From Pachysolen tannophilus NRRL Y-2460 (taxonomy: Eukaryota), in assembly GCA_001661245.1 (NCBI GenBank), contig KV454013.1, positions 1,520,502-1,584,501 of the forward strand: a stretch of DNA of 64,000 bases, in the 5' to 3' direction. Under the pieces are notes generated by a model, which did not search any database, was not told the DNA's origin, and saw only the letters and a program-made list of their open reading frames with translations. The translations under genes were made by a program, and so were the position numbers. Positions 24,430 through 35,536 of the stretch are shown one piece after another (positions within the stretch are counted from its first letter, which is position 1; every line of letters begins with the position of its first letter).

Positions 24430-25716
24430 TTATTCTTCAGATTCTCTTCTTTGCTTTTCTTTCTCCAAATAATTATACAACATAGCTAAAGCTCTTTCAA
24501 CATTACTATGACTACCTGATAACGTAAACATTCTTTCACCTTGTTCATTGTCAGTTGATTCGATGTTTATGCTACAACCAGAAATTCTTCTGATATCTTG
24601 AATTCTTGAACCTCTTTTACCAATTAAAGCACCAACAAATTCAGCTGGGAAATTGACATTTTCTACAACTTCATTTCCAACTATTGTATCAGAACGATTA
24701 TTGTTTGAAACTCTTGATGTTGATGTTGATGATGATGATGATTGTGTTGAAGAATAATTTTTATGTGCTCTAGGTTGTGGAACATAATATAAAGTTCCTA
24801 TAGTACCTTGAAAATCTTCTAAAAGACATTTTGATATAATTTGTAAAGCTGAAGTTATAGCTTTTGGAGTTCCTTGAACTTCTACTACTCTTTCATTTGA
24901 ATTTGGTAAAAAATCTTTTGAAGCAACTAATTTAATACCATAATTTTCTTGTATAGCTTTAACTCTAACACCTTGTCTTCCAATTAAAGTACCCATTTGT
25001 GAATTTGGAATAAGTAATCTTAAAGAAGCAACATCTGGTGAAGATGAAGGAGCACATAATGGTCTTAATGGGAAAAAATTATAATGTGGTTGATCAGCAG
25101 CATTATCGGCCAATTGTTTTGCAAATAAACCTAATGCAACAGTGACTTCATCAACAGCACCACTAACGGTCAAGATTCTATCCATACATCCTTCAATTAA
25201 CTTTGAAACACCAGCCTTCACATTCGTCTGGTCTCTAATTGCAGAAATGCTATCACCATTCTTACCAATCAAAACACCAGCTTCTCTTCTGGATACTAAA
25301 ATACGAAAATTAATCAATGCAGTGTTTAATTCAACGTTTATAGGTAAGACATCCTCTGCCAGCGGTACTGCTGTTGTTGTTGATGCTGTTGCAGTTGTTG
25401 CTGCTCCTGCCTCTACTGGTGCTACTGGTGCTGGTACTGTTGGTGTTGTTGTTGCTGTTGCTGCTGCTGATACTGGTACTGCCGATACTGGTACTGATCC
25501 ACCAGTAACGTTGGCCGGGTGGCCTCCGGCCGCTGGAGAAGAAGTAGTTTCCTGTGAAGACGGCGATGATGAAGTGGTCGATGTTGTCGATATTGTAGTG
25601 GTTGCCAATGGTTTCTGTACGGCAGTAGGCCTTGCCTGACGGCGATGCGACGGTAAACCCGATTCCGACGTAAACTTGGTATCAAACAATGACTCTGACG
25701 ATATGGATTCTGGCAT
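24430..25716 (-). CDS. HEK2: Triple KH-domain RNA-binding protein Hek2/Khd1
   Basis: Three GxxG loops (IGKNG, IGRQG, IGKRG) and KLVASKDFLPNSNERVVEVQG. Confidence 0.85.
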   Translation of the reverse strand: MPESISSESLFDTKFTSESGLPSHRRQARPTAVQKPLATTTISTTSTTSSSPSSQETTSSPAAGGHPANVTGGSVPVSAVPVSAAATATTTPTVPAPVAPVEAGAATTATASTTTAVPLAEDVLPINVELNTALINFRILVSRREAGVLIGKNGDSISAIRDQTNVKAGVSKLIEGCMDRILTVSGAVDEVTVALGLFAKQLADNAADQPHYNFFPLRPLCAPSSSPDVASLRLLIPNSQMGTLIGRQGVRVKAIQENYGIKLVASKDFLPNSNERVVEVQGTPKAITSALQIISKCLLEDFQGTIGTLYYVPQPRAHKNYSSTQSSSSSTSTSRVSNNNRSDTIVGNEVVENVNFPAEFVGALIGKRGSRIQDIRRISGCSINIESTDNEQGERMFTLSGSHSNVERALAMLYNYLEKEKQRRESEE

Positions 25717-26399
25717 TGTTTAAAAACTCTTTACCTAAAAATTGATCCAAACTAAAAAACTTTTCAAAAAATATATATATTTTTATAATAATAATAATAT
25801 ATATATATATATAAAATACGGTATTATATTAACAAGTTTTCTTTTATAAAATTATTTTTAAAAACTTTTTTTCTTTGTTCTTCTTCTCTTCTGCTCCTCT
25901 TTTTTATACAATTAATTTGATTTAAACTTTTATATATATATATATATATATTTTCCAAGTTCTTTATCTAAAAACCTTTCAACTTATTCCAATAAAGCGC
26001 TATCTTAATTATTATTCTTTAAAAAAAATTTATGTTATATATTATTATCTATTTTAATAAATAAATTTATTAAAAGAATAACTATTATATGAAAAGAAAC
26101 GGCCTTACTAAAAATTTTCTTCTCTCTTCCGGTGCGTTGATTTTTAAATCAAAAAAAAAATCAAAAAAAAAAAAAGTTTCGTTTTAGGCTTCAATTCACA
26201 CGACCAATTTTGATGAGGTGAAAAATACTCCAGCCGTTCGTTAGATAGCAAACTAAAGAGAAGATGGATTGATATTTAAATTTAAACCTATTTATTGAAT
26301 AAATTTTTGTATTATAATAGTAACCAATTTAACCTTTAATAAAATCCTATATACTCCATCCTAGTTTATATAAATTTCTTTTTTTTTTTTTTTGCTTTT

Positions 26400-29180
26400 T
26401 TAGTAGACTTCATTAAGCCGTAACCCACCATCATCTTTTTCTTCTAATTGATAAGTTAATACCAGGCCATCGATGTATGTGATATAAATGATATATTTTG
26501 GTAAATTATCTTCATTTATAGGAATCATTTTTCTTGTTGCAACTCCTGTTATTGTTCTATAACCTCTATCACCTAGAGCCAATCTATTTGCGTTGGGGAA
26601 AATATATTCTTGCCTAAATGCATAACAACCTCTATGAGAACATAATCTCATTATAGTAACAAGTCCAATTTGTGATGCTGAAACAATACATGATAATTCT
26701 GGGATTATTTGTGTTATTGATAATCTATTTGAATAAGATGCTTCTTCTCCATATGATATGGTGAAATCAAATACTGATTTACAAGAGGCATTACATAATA
26801 ATTTATCACATCTAAATAGTCCCATTTTAGAAGAAGTTGTAACAATTAAAAATTTATTATTAAATTTTGTCTTAATAATAGGTTCCCAATAATTTTTCCC
26901 ATTAAATGATTTATGATTTTTAATTTTTGATCTTTGTTTTGTTAAATAATATTCATCATAAATTTTTCTTATTCTTCTAAATGAATCCGTTGTTGAATTA
27001 AAAGGTTTTTTAAATCCTAATTGAAAATTATTATCATTACCACCTCCTAATGGATGATGCCTATTTAATAATATTGTTGGAATATCAAAATTTTGAAATC
27101 TTGCAACTAAACCTAAATCACTTGATAAACATGGATCTGATTCAACATCAAGTTTTTCATTTTGTAATATTATTTTATTAATCATTTTTTTCTCATCTAA
27201 CCATGGATCTCCAGTCATTGATTTTAAAGATCCAACTTCTTTAAAAAATTTCCCATCTATGAAATTTGTTGTCCAAACATCATCACCTAATACTGCCCTA
27301 CTAATTACTATTGGCTTCAGAAATTTTACCCTTTTAAAATTCAAAGATGATTGAATTTGTTGATCATCTTCATCTTCATCTTCTAATTCTCTATCAGTTC
27401 TGAAAAAATCTTCCTCGGTATCAATCGTTATTGAACGATGTGTTTCAACACCTTCAAACCCCATATACTCATCATCATCTCCATCAAGGTAAACATTATT
27501 AGGTAAAGGACCAAACACTTTTGTCATTTTGAATTCAAATACTAATAATTCACAACTTATTGATGCACAAGAAACGAAAACAGTTATTTCCAATTTTTCA
27601 TTTACAGGTACATCATCATCATCATCATCATCATCATCTTTAATAAAATTAATATCTGGAATATTATGTAATGCTTGATGAGTACTCACTGTGTAAAACT
27701 TTGCCTCTTGATGCTCAGTAGCTAAATAAAATAGTGATATTGTCTGGCTATTATCAGAAACAGCAATCATATTATACCTATTATAAAAATCTATGGACCA
27801 AGCTGATTTTTCAACTCTTAATTCAAAATCAGGTTTTATATTTATACCAAAATAACCATTATTTATAATTCTATGGTTTGAAAGTTTATTATAATGTTTA
27901 ACTTCTTGTATTAATAAATCTGTAAACCATATTAATACTCTACCATTATCACAAGTAACAGCTAAAACTTCTTTATTTAAAAAAATCCCAATTTTCATAA
28001 AATTGATAGTAAAAGGGAAATAAGGCCATGTTGAAGCAGCTCTATCTCTATCAGTAATTATAGAAAGTCTTGTTTCAAATCTTAATATAGGCTCAGTATT
28101 TGGTCTTTCTAAATCATTAAAATTATAAAGAAAAATCTCTGAATTTGCTGCTGTAAATAATATTTGATATTTATCAGAAACCACACTTAAATTATTCTTA
28201 TATTTTTTCCCATATTCATAATTCAATTTCTTTATTCCTAAAAATTTTAAATCTAAAGAGTCATTAAATTTTATAGCTGGTTGATATTTTATTGCCCATT
28301 CCAGATCTTCTGTTAATTGCCTAAAATCTGATATATTATATAAACAACCAAATTTCCCATCATATTCATCTTTTTCCCTTTGTGAATGATTTTCCCAATA
28401 AAGAAAAGATTCTTGTGGGTTTTCAGGTAATTGATATGGTCCATTCAATTTTAAATCAGGAGGTTCCAGATTGTTCAGGGAATTATCAGTTTTTATATAA
28501 ACAAAATCATTATCATCGTTATCAACCACGGCAAGTTCATCATGGTAGTTATTCTCATTATTATTAATTTCTTCATTTACTATAGCTTCTCTCTCAGCAG
28601 TGGACAAATTATCAAAATTTACAACATTACCATCATTACGTCTAACCAATAATGAACCATTTCTATTTCTGTGATCTATTCTCATCCCACTTCCATAATT
28701 TCTATAAAAAGCATCAGCATCTTCAAATTCTTCAAAATGTCTCTCTCGTTCCACTTGTAACCTATGGTTAACATAATCATTATCCTCATTCTCATAATTC
28801 TCATCGTAAAAACTCTCCGTATCATTATCATTATTATAATATTCCCGATCACTTCCTAACAATTCACTTACTATGTAGTTTAATTCATGAGTACTATGTA
28901 CTACACTTAAAGATTGCCTTTTGATTCCACAATCATTCAAATATCTTTCAAACCTTCTTCTATGATCTGCATCTTGTGATTTCAATGCTAACCGTCTAAT
29001 TCTCTCATCACTATCCATCGGCTGTTGATTTGAATTGATTATGCACAATGAATTAGAAGTCGACGGCGGAGATATGAAAGGCGAAGATGGATCTTGATTT
29101 GGAGTTGATAACTGATTATCTCGCAATGCTCTATTACTTGAAGCAAGCTCCTGTAACAAGTTGATAGCAGGATCACTCAT
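26400..29180 (-). CDS. CRT10: Crt10-family beta-propeller protein
   Basis: YKNNL, STWPYFPFTINFM, SAWSIDF, VSDNSQ.I, HNIP.I.F, IPELS....ASQ.G.V, FRQEYIFP. Confidence 0.85.
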   Translation of the reverse strand: MSDPAINLLQELASSNRALRDNQLSTPNQDPSSPFISPPSTSNSLCIINSNQQPMDSDERIRRLALKSQDADHRRRFERYLNDCGIKRQSLSVVHSTHELNYIVSELLGSDREYYNNDNDTESFYDENYENEDNDYVNHRLQVERERHFEEFEDADAFYRNYGSGMRIDHRNRNGSLLVRRNDGNVVNFDNLSTAEREAIVNEEINNNENNYHDELAVVDNDDNDFVYIKTDNSLNNLEPPDLKLNGPYQLPENPQESFLYWENHSQREKDEYDGKFGCLYNISDFRQLTEDLEWAIKYQPAIKFNDSLDLKFLGIKKLNYEYGKKYKNNLSVVSDKYQILFTAANSEIFLYNFNDLERPNTEPILRFETRLSIITDRDRAASTWPYFPFTINFMKIGIFLNKEVLAVTCDNGRVLIWFTDLLIQEVKHYNKLSNHRIINNGYFGINIKPDFELRVEKSAWSIDFYNRYNMIAVSDNSQTISLFYLATEHQEAKFYTVSTHQALHNIPDINFIKDDDDDDDDDVPVNEKLEITVFVSCASISCELLVFEFKMTKVFGPLPNNVYLDGDDDEYMGFEGVETHRSITIDTEEDFFRTDRELEDEDEDDQQIQSSLNFKRVKFLKPIVISRAVLGDDVWTTNFIDGKFFKEVGSLKSMTGDPWLDEKKMINKIILQNEKLDVESDPCLSSDLGLVARFQNFDIPTILLNRHHPLGGGNDNNFQLGFKKPFNSTTDSFRRIRKIYDEYYLTKQRSKIKNHKSFNGKNYWEPIIKTKFNNKFLIVTTSSKMGLFRCDKLLCNASCKSVFDFTISYGEEASYSNRLSITQIIPELSCIVSASQIGLVTIMRLCSHRGCYAFRQEYIFPNANRLALGDRGYRTITGVATRKMIPINEDNLPKYIIYITYIDGLVLTYQLEEKDDGGLRLNEVY

Positions 29181-29372
29181 CTTGACGTATTCATCAACAT
29201 CGACTAATTCAATTTTTTAAAATGTTTATTATAAATAATATAGAAAATTAAAATAAAATTAAATTAAATTAAATATAAAAACTTTTTATTAATTTAATCA
29301 CATTAAAAAGTAATATTATACAAGTGATATAATAAGATTTAATTAAGGTAGTAGAGTCTGTCAGGAATAAGG

Positions 29373-29921
29373 ATGGGAGAAGCAGAACATCACGCTGAAT
29401 ATTCTTCATTTGATCTGAGTCTTTCAAAGGCAGAAGTTTTACAACAAGTTATAGATTCGTATGAGTCGTTGGTCTTTGAACAGCAAAACTGGGTTTGTAA
29501 TCTATCAAATGCTTCATCACTTATATGGCATGCATATCATTCGATGAATATCCCAGTGAATTGGTCAGGTTTTTATCTTGTTGATCCCAAAGTTTCAAAA
29601 CAACTTATATTGGGTCCATTTCAAGGTAAAGTTGCCTGTCAGACTATTGGATTTGGTAGAGGTGTTTGCGGAACATGTTATTCTACGATGGAGACTCAGT
29701 TAGTTCCAGATGTTAATGAGTACCCTGGACATATTGCCTGTGATGGGGAGACCCAAAGTGAAATTGTGGTTCCTGTGATTTCTAAGGGGAAAAATGGAGA
29801 AGCAAATGTCATAAGAGGAGTATTAGATATTGATTGTTTGGCGAAAGAAGGATTTGACGAAGTTGACAAGAAATTTTTAGAATTGTTAGCAGAAAGGATT
29901 GCCGAAACATGTGAATGGTAG
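29373..29921 (+). CDS. Free methionine-R-sulfoxide reductase (GAF domain, YKL069W-like)
   Basis: NWVCNLSNASSLIWHAY, LGPFQGKVAC, GRGVCG, PGHIACDGETQSEIVVP. Confidence 0.95.
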   Translation: MGEAEHHAEYSSFDLSLSKAEVLQQVIDSYESLVFEQQNWVCNLSNASSLIWHAYHSMNIPVNWSGFYLVDPKVSKQLILGPFQGKVACQTIGFGRGVCGTCYSTMETQLVPDVNEYPGHIACDGETQSEIVVPVISKGKNGEANVIRGVLDIDCLAKEGFDEVDKKFLELLAERIAETCEW

Positions 29922-30060
29922 CAATAGCTGATTTTCAATGAAATTAAATTAAAAAGTCTATAAATTATATTTTTTTTTTTTTGTTGTAACTTTATAATGC
30001 TATGTAATCTTATTAAGCAATAGTACAGATGGTATTCAATTTTTCGTAACCTAACTTGCA

Positions 30061-31641
30061 TCAATTAACATCTGTCCAACCAAATGGTGACCTGCTTCTC
30101 AAGTAGGCTCCATATTTATAGAAAATAAATGGCATAGGTATTAATGCAGTTGCACAAAATGCTAATAATGTTGTAGCCCAATGAATACCTAATTTTTCAT
30201 ACATTTGTAAAGTGAATAATGGGAACACGCCGGCCATCAGTGATCTAATCAAACTGTTGGCAGCCATTCCACTAGCAGCAAATAATCTGTAGGCATCAAC
30301 AGTATAAGTGAATATTCCAGTGAAAATTAATGCGGTTCCAAGACCATAACATGCAGAACCTATAAGAGGGCCTATCCAAAAACATTTTGAAAATGCTGTC
30401 CATGCTAATATAAATAATCCAATTGCAATGAATATTGAACCTAGCATTACCAGTGGTAGCCTAAATTCAGGTTCATGTTTCCCATTATTTCTTTCTATTT
30501 GAACTTCATAAAGTTTTTGAAGAAGAGGTGCTGAAGGTAATAATAATAATATTCCTACAATTAAACCCATAAAGGACAAACCTTGACCCATGATTCCAAA
30601 TCCATAAACTTCACTGAAAATGTATGGGAATGAAACGAAAAACATATAAACAATTGCCAATATCAATCCTGAGTAAAAACATAAAGACAACATCATTGGA
30701 TCTTTAATCAAAAGTAATAAAGGTCTCTTTGATGATAAAATAGTTGATTGAAATAAAGTTAAAGGAGTTCTTTCCAAAGGAGCATACAACATTTGATTAC
30801 CTGTTTCCTTTCTCAATTTTATTGCTTTTCTCTTTATTAAAACCGGTACATATGTTTCAGGAACAAATAAAATAATTGCAACTAACATTGCACCAGAGAA
30901 TATTAACATAACATGGAAAGTCCACCTAAAGTATATAGAAGAATTTATAGCTGCAGATATCAATGGTCCTAAAGAAGGTCCCAAAAATGGCATAATTGAA
31001 TAGACAACCATAGCAGTACCTATTTGACTTTTATCAAACATATCTGAAATTGTTCCAGATGATACAGACATGAAAGCACTTCCAGAAAACCCTGTCATAA
31101 ACCTACTGAAAAGTACTCCTCCAATATTATCACAAAAAGATGCAATTAATTGAAAGCACACCACACAAAATAATCCTCCAACATAAGTCAATCTGCGTCC
31201 ATGATACTCACTTATTGGAGAAAGAAATGTAGGCCCAAGACCTAACCCAAATATATATAACGATATTCCAAGGATAGAAACCTCACGGCCAATGTGGAAA
31301 AATTCCATAACATGATCTGTAGCCATTGACCAACAAGAAGAAATCATCGTAATACACAAGGCTGTGAATGAAACAATCAAAGTTATTATCCATTTCCGAA
31401 CAAAAGACATATTTTTAGGATCTGCAGGGTCATCTCTGCCATCAAACCTAACTTCGTTAGGATCTTTACCTTCAAGTACTTCTATAGATGACATTTCTTT
31501 CAGAAAACTATAACTAGCTTCCTTTCTTGGATCATATGTAATCCCTTCCTGTTTCCCTACTTCTACGGGCTCTTTCGTCTCAGAGTCCAAATCTGGACCA
31601 GTCTGCCTACTTTCCTCTCCTGAATCTCTTATTGATAACAT
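30061..31641 (-). CDS. MFS drug:H+ antiporter, DHA1 family (Yhk8-like)
   Basis: DDPADPKN..F.RKW, SPISEYHGRR, GTISDMF, PETY.P, PEFRL, AASGMAAN, FPLF..QMY, YGAYLRSRS. The first ATG is at 31641. Confidence 0.9.
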   Translation of the reverse strand: MLSIRDSGEESRQTGPDLDSETKEPVEVGKQEGITYDPRKEASYSFLKEMSSIEVLEGKDPNEVRFDGRDDPADPKNMSFVRKWIITLIVSFTALCITMISSCWSMATDHVMEFFHIGREVSILGISLYIFGLGLGPTFLSPISEYHGRRLTYVGGLFCVVCFQLIASFCDNIGGVLFSRFMTGFSGSAFMSVSSGTISDMFDKSQIGTAMVVYSIMPFLGPSLGPLISAAINSSIYFRWTFHVMLIFSGAMLVAIILFVPETYVPVLIKRKAIKLRKETGNQMLYAPLERTPLTLFQSTILSSKRPLLLLIKDPMMLSLCFYSGLILAIVYMFFVSFPYIFSEVYGFGIMGQGLSFMGLIVGILLLLPSAPLLQKLYEVQIERNNGKHEPEFRLPLVMLGSIFIAIGLFILAWTAFSKCFWIGPLIGSACYGLGTALIFTGIFTYTVDAYRLFAASGMAANSLIRSLMAGVFPLFTLQMYEKLGIHWATTLLAFCATALIPMPFIFYKYGAYLRSRSPFGWTDVN

Positions 31642-32211
31642 ATATTTCAAGTTGAAAAGAAAAAAAAAAAAAATAAAATAAAATTTTTATCCTTCTTACT
31701 CAAACCTTGTCAACTCACTTTGACAATTTAAGTTTACTACCAATAATCAAAATTAAAAAAAATCAGAAGTTTGGGAAACTATATTTACTCTACCCTCTTC
31801 TGGCCTTCTCCTCAACTACTCAATAGTCCATATAATCTCAATAGTTTATACCAAGGTTTAAAGAACTCTTAACTACATATTTCAACTTCTTCCAAATGTT
31901 GACGTTTTGCCGAATTCAGTGCTTTTCTCCGAAACTCTATCGGAGTTTGGCCATCCTGTCTGTGTTGAAGCTGAATAATTCCAGCAAAGATGGACTAGGT
32001 GGACATATACGAATGAAATGGAATGATATACGTTATATGTTTGTATCAATAGATGATTCATGTCTCTGAGTTATGGGTTTGAAAGTTTGAAAGGAAGGAA
32101 CTTTCTAAAAGATGAAAAAAGTGAAGAAGAAGAAAAAAAAAACTAATAATAATAAAAATAAAGAAAAAGAACAGAAAAGAGTATACACACACTTTAGCTC
32201 ACATTTATTGT

Positions 32212-33687
32212 TTATTTCCAAGTAGGTCTGAATTTTTCAAAAGGGGTATGGGTGGGGTTTTTTTTCAAGGTTCCTGAAAAGTTATTATCACCAGAGTAGG
32301 AGCTGATGTTATGTAAAGTTGTTGATTGAACTAGTCCTTTTGTAGGGCGATCCAAATTTCTTGGATCTTCCTTTTTGGTCGACTTCAAAAAGGATGTTCG
32401 TAAATTTCCTGAAGTTGTAGATTTTTTCATTGAAGAGCCTTTATGATTTGGTATATTTGCCAATGTTGTAGATTTTGGTAAGGAGGAGTGTTGATCGTTG
32501 GAATTTGTAAATTTTGATAAGGAAGCTGAAGTTGGTCGACAAAATGATGGTAATTTTCTCATGGAAGAAGTAGTTGTAGCTGTAGCATTAGCATTAAAAT
32601 TAGTACTGCTGTTGCAGTTACTATTATTTAATACTGTTATTTGTGAAATTGATGATGCAGATCTGGGTAGATGAGAAGCTGTTGGTTTCAGAGGTGCTGT
32701 TGTTGTCCTGGTAGTACTGAACTCTCTAGTAGATGGGAAAGATACGATTTTTTTCTCTGCGGTTGTCATTGTCTTTTTGGTACTTTCCCTCTTTGCAGCA
32801 ACCATCTTCAGTGAATGATTGGTCAACCTTTCCATTGCAGCTTTCCTATTACGTTCATCTTCTTTTCTTGTATCAGTAGGATTTTTATTGTTATTACAAT
32901 CCTTTATCGTATTTGAATCCAACATCTCTTCTGGACCCAATAAAGTTTTTCTTCTTTTCTGAACACTTTCAATTGTTGTTCCAGATTCATGTTTCTTCAT
33001 GGAGCCTTTATCATGATTTGATAAGATCTTAGTCGTCTCCAACTCGTGTCTATGAATCAGTCCAAGTTTCTGTTCATTTTTATGATGCTCAGCTGCATAA
33101 TGAGACTTTATCGACTGCATCTTATTAAAACTTGCTCGATGAGCCAATTGGAAACGAGAACTGACTTGACTTCTTGGGCTAAACAACTTTCTTCCCAGTG
33201 GAGACTGCCTATTGCTCAATCTTCTTCCTTTACTAATATCATTCAAAGAATTAGCCTGGATCATATTATTTTCCACCCTAGAATTTAATTCATTCAACAA
33301 AGTACCTGTCAATTTTTTGGAAAATTTTTTTTGTAATAAAATCTCACTTTCAGAAGCAAACTTAAAGTTTGGAAAAGAATTATTGCCATTATTTTCTTTA
33401 TTTGATTCATCAAGATTTTTGTTTTGTTTCAAGTCTTCAACATTTGGATACAATGGTTTTTTGATTCTGAAATTAAACGTTGGAGTTCCTGCCACACTTT
33501 TAATGCTAAGATTATTCAATTCACCAAGAATATTACCTTTCAAAGGAGTTGCTCTTTGTATTTTTTGGCTCGAATCACCTGGAGCGAGCTTGTTATTACT
33601 ATCGGCACTGATTTCAAACGATGGGAAAAAGCCGGGAATTGCAGAACTATCAATTAGCGAAGAATCAACCATCGAGATATCCGACAT
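32212..33687 (-). CDS. Basic, Ser/Thr-rich protein of unknown function, possibly microtubule-associated
   Basis: 491-codon ATG-initiated ORF; motifs RFQLAHRASFNKMQSIKSHYAA and PSFCRPTSASLSK; ends PTWK. Confidence 0.7.
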   Translation of the reverse strand: MSDISMVDSSLIDSSAIPGFFPSFEISADSNNKLAPGDSSQKIQRATPLKGNILGELNNLSIKSVAGTPTFNFRIKKPLYPNVEDLKQNKNLDESNKENNGNNSFPNFKFASESEILLQKKFSKKLTGTLLNELNSRVENNMIQANSLNDISKGRRLSNRQSPLGRKLFSPRSQVSSRFQLAHRASFNKMQSIKSHYAAEHHKNEQKLGLIHRHELETTKILSNHDKGSMKKHESGTTIESVQKRRKTLLGPEEMLDSNTIKDCNNNKNPTDTRKEDERNRKAAMERLTNHSLKMVAAKRESTKKTMTTAEKKIVSFPSTREFSTTRTTTAPLKPTASHLPRSASSISQITVLNNSNCNSSTNFNANATATTTSSMRKLPSFCRPTSASLSKFTNSNDQHSSLPKSTTLANIPNHKGSSMKKSTTSGNLRTSFLKSTKKEDPRNLDRPTKGLVQSTTLHNISSYSGDNNFSGTLKKNPTHTPFEKFRPTWK

Positions 33688-34236
33688 TTTTGCCCTTTAA
33701 AAGTTAAAAGAAAATAATTTTTGATACCTCTCTAACCTGAACTGAATTTTATAAATCTTCCGAGCAGTTGAAATTTATAAGTTTTTGGTTGAAGAACAAA
33801 CAATGTAGCAGCCCAACTTTTCAATCGATAAAAAATTGATATGTCAACAGTAACTATATATTTATGTATACATGTATACATATATATAGAACTCTCCAAA
33901 ATGGTTAGTTAATTAAACAAAGAAAAATAATTTTCTAAATCAATTTTATCCATTTTTTTTTTTCTCTTTCTCTATATTGAAAAATATTACCAATTCCTTT
34001 AAAGTGCCTCGTCAAGCGTCTAGGAACCTGACTGGTGCTAGCTTCAAGCTCTCAATTTTGTGATTTTAAATTGAACTATTTTCCTCTTTAGGAAATTAGT
34101 AAACGAAGCCAAAGTCTCTAATAACAATGGTAGTACATTTTTTTACGTAAAATTGAATAATACCGGTAGGTTGCATCATATCAGGCAATTTAAATAGTAC
34201 CAACGATAAGGTTCTTTTAATTGGTATCGTTAAGTC

Positions 34237-35375
34237 ATGTCTCAAGAGAGTATTGTTATAGTTGGGTAAGTGATTTTAAACTAAAAAAAACGGTTTAGTG
34301 AATTGTTTTTTTTTCTTTTTCCTTTTTTTTGTTTGCTAACGCATTTTTTGTTGTTTGTTACCTTAAATCGTAAAGTGCCGGTATTGTTGGCCTATATACT
34401 GCTTTTTCGCTATTGGAAAAAGGCGTTAGTCCTAATGAAATAACAGTTGTAGCTCAGTATCTTCCTGGGGATCAATCGACGTATTACACATCTCCATGGG
34501 CTGGTGGAAACTTTTCTTGTATTTCACCTGATGATCAAACAACAATAGATTATGATAAATTCACCTATACTAATATTCATAAAATTCAAAAAAAATTAGG
34601 TGGAGCAAAATGCGGATTAGACAACAGACCTTCTACTGAGTATTGGGATTTCCAACCTTCTGAAAGGAAATTAAAGTCATTGAAAAGTTATTTAGTCAAT
34701 ATGGAGATTTTACCACAGGAGAAATTACCAGATGGTGCAGTCTATGGAATCAGTTATTTAACTTGGAATTTTGATTGTCCAAGATTTTTGGAAAACTTTC
34801 AAAACTATTTGGAATCCCAGGGAATTGTATTTATTCGTAAGAAATTAACACATATCTCTCAGGCCTACTTATCATCTGAAACGAAAACAGTCTTTAATTG
34901 TACAGGTATTGGTGCTCATAGTCTTGGCGGTGTCAATGATACGAAAGTTTACCCATCTAGAGGCCAAGTTGTTGTGATCAAGGCTCCTCATGTTCAAGTT
35001 AATAAATTAAGATGGGGTAAAGACTACGCTACTTATATTATTCCAAGACCTGATTCTGGAGGACAAGTAATCTTGGGTGGATATTTACAAAAAGATAATT
35101 GGATAGGAGATACTTTTAAGTATGAGACAGAAAGTATTATCAAAAGGACCACTGAACTCATGCCAGAAATTTTAGAAGCCCCATTGGAAATTATTAGAAT
35201 TGCTGCTGGATTGAGGCCAAGTAGACATGGGGGAGTCAGAATTGCAAAAGAGGTTGCAGAAGAACAAAAAGTGTTGATACATAATTATGGTGCTTCCGGT
35301 TACGGTTATCAAGCTGGTTATGGTATGGCAAATTCTGCAACTGATTTATTATTCAAAACTAAAAGTAAGTTGTAA
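34237..35375 (+). CDS. DAO1: Peroxisomal D-amino acid oxidase; exons 34237-34265 and 34376-35375
   Basis: Splicing creates MSQESIVIVGAGIVGL (FAD-binding GxGxxG). Also YTSPWAGGNF, RGQVVV, GLRPSR, HNYGASGYGYQ and a C-terminal SKL (PTS1). Confidence 0.93.
34266..34375 (+). other. Spliceosomal intron in DAO1 (110 nt, AAG acceptor)
   Basis: GTAAGT at 34266, TGCTAAC branch 34334-34340, AAG ending 34375; this acceptor restores GG|T-GCC-GGT. Confidence 0.85.
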
Positions 35376-35536
35376 TGCCATTTATTCTAAAAAAAAAATT
35401 AACATCTAGCTAGCTATAATCTTAATTAAATGTAACTGATCAAAAAATTACAAAACCTCGTAGTAGACAACGAATCACAAATCTACCTGATACTAATGAA
35501 AATAAAAAAGTTTTGGATTCTTGAAATTAACCAAAA

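Noticed and set aside
25142..25685. 165-aa and 87-aa ORFs overlapping HEK2 (likewise 10107-10565, 16071-16439, 21221-21574, 33212-33700 and 54547-54861)
   Set aside because: They overlap well-supported genes in low-complexity regions and show no independent motifs.
30238..30240. MFS RS[CTG]MAG as evidence for CUG=Ala
   Set aside because: This position varies among DHA1 transporters and accepts small or aliphatic residues, so it does not discriminate.
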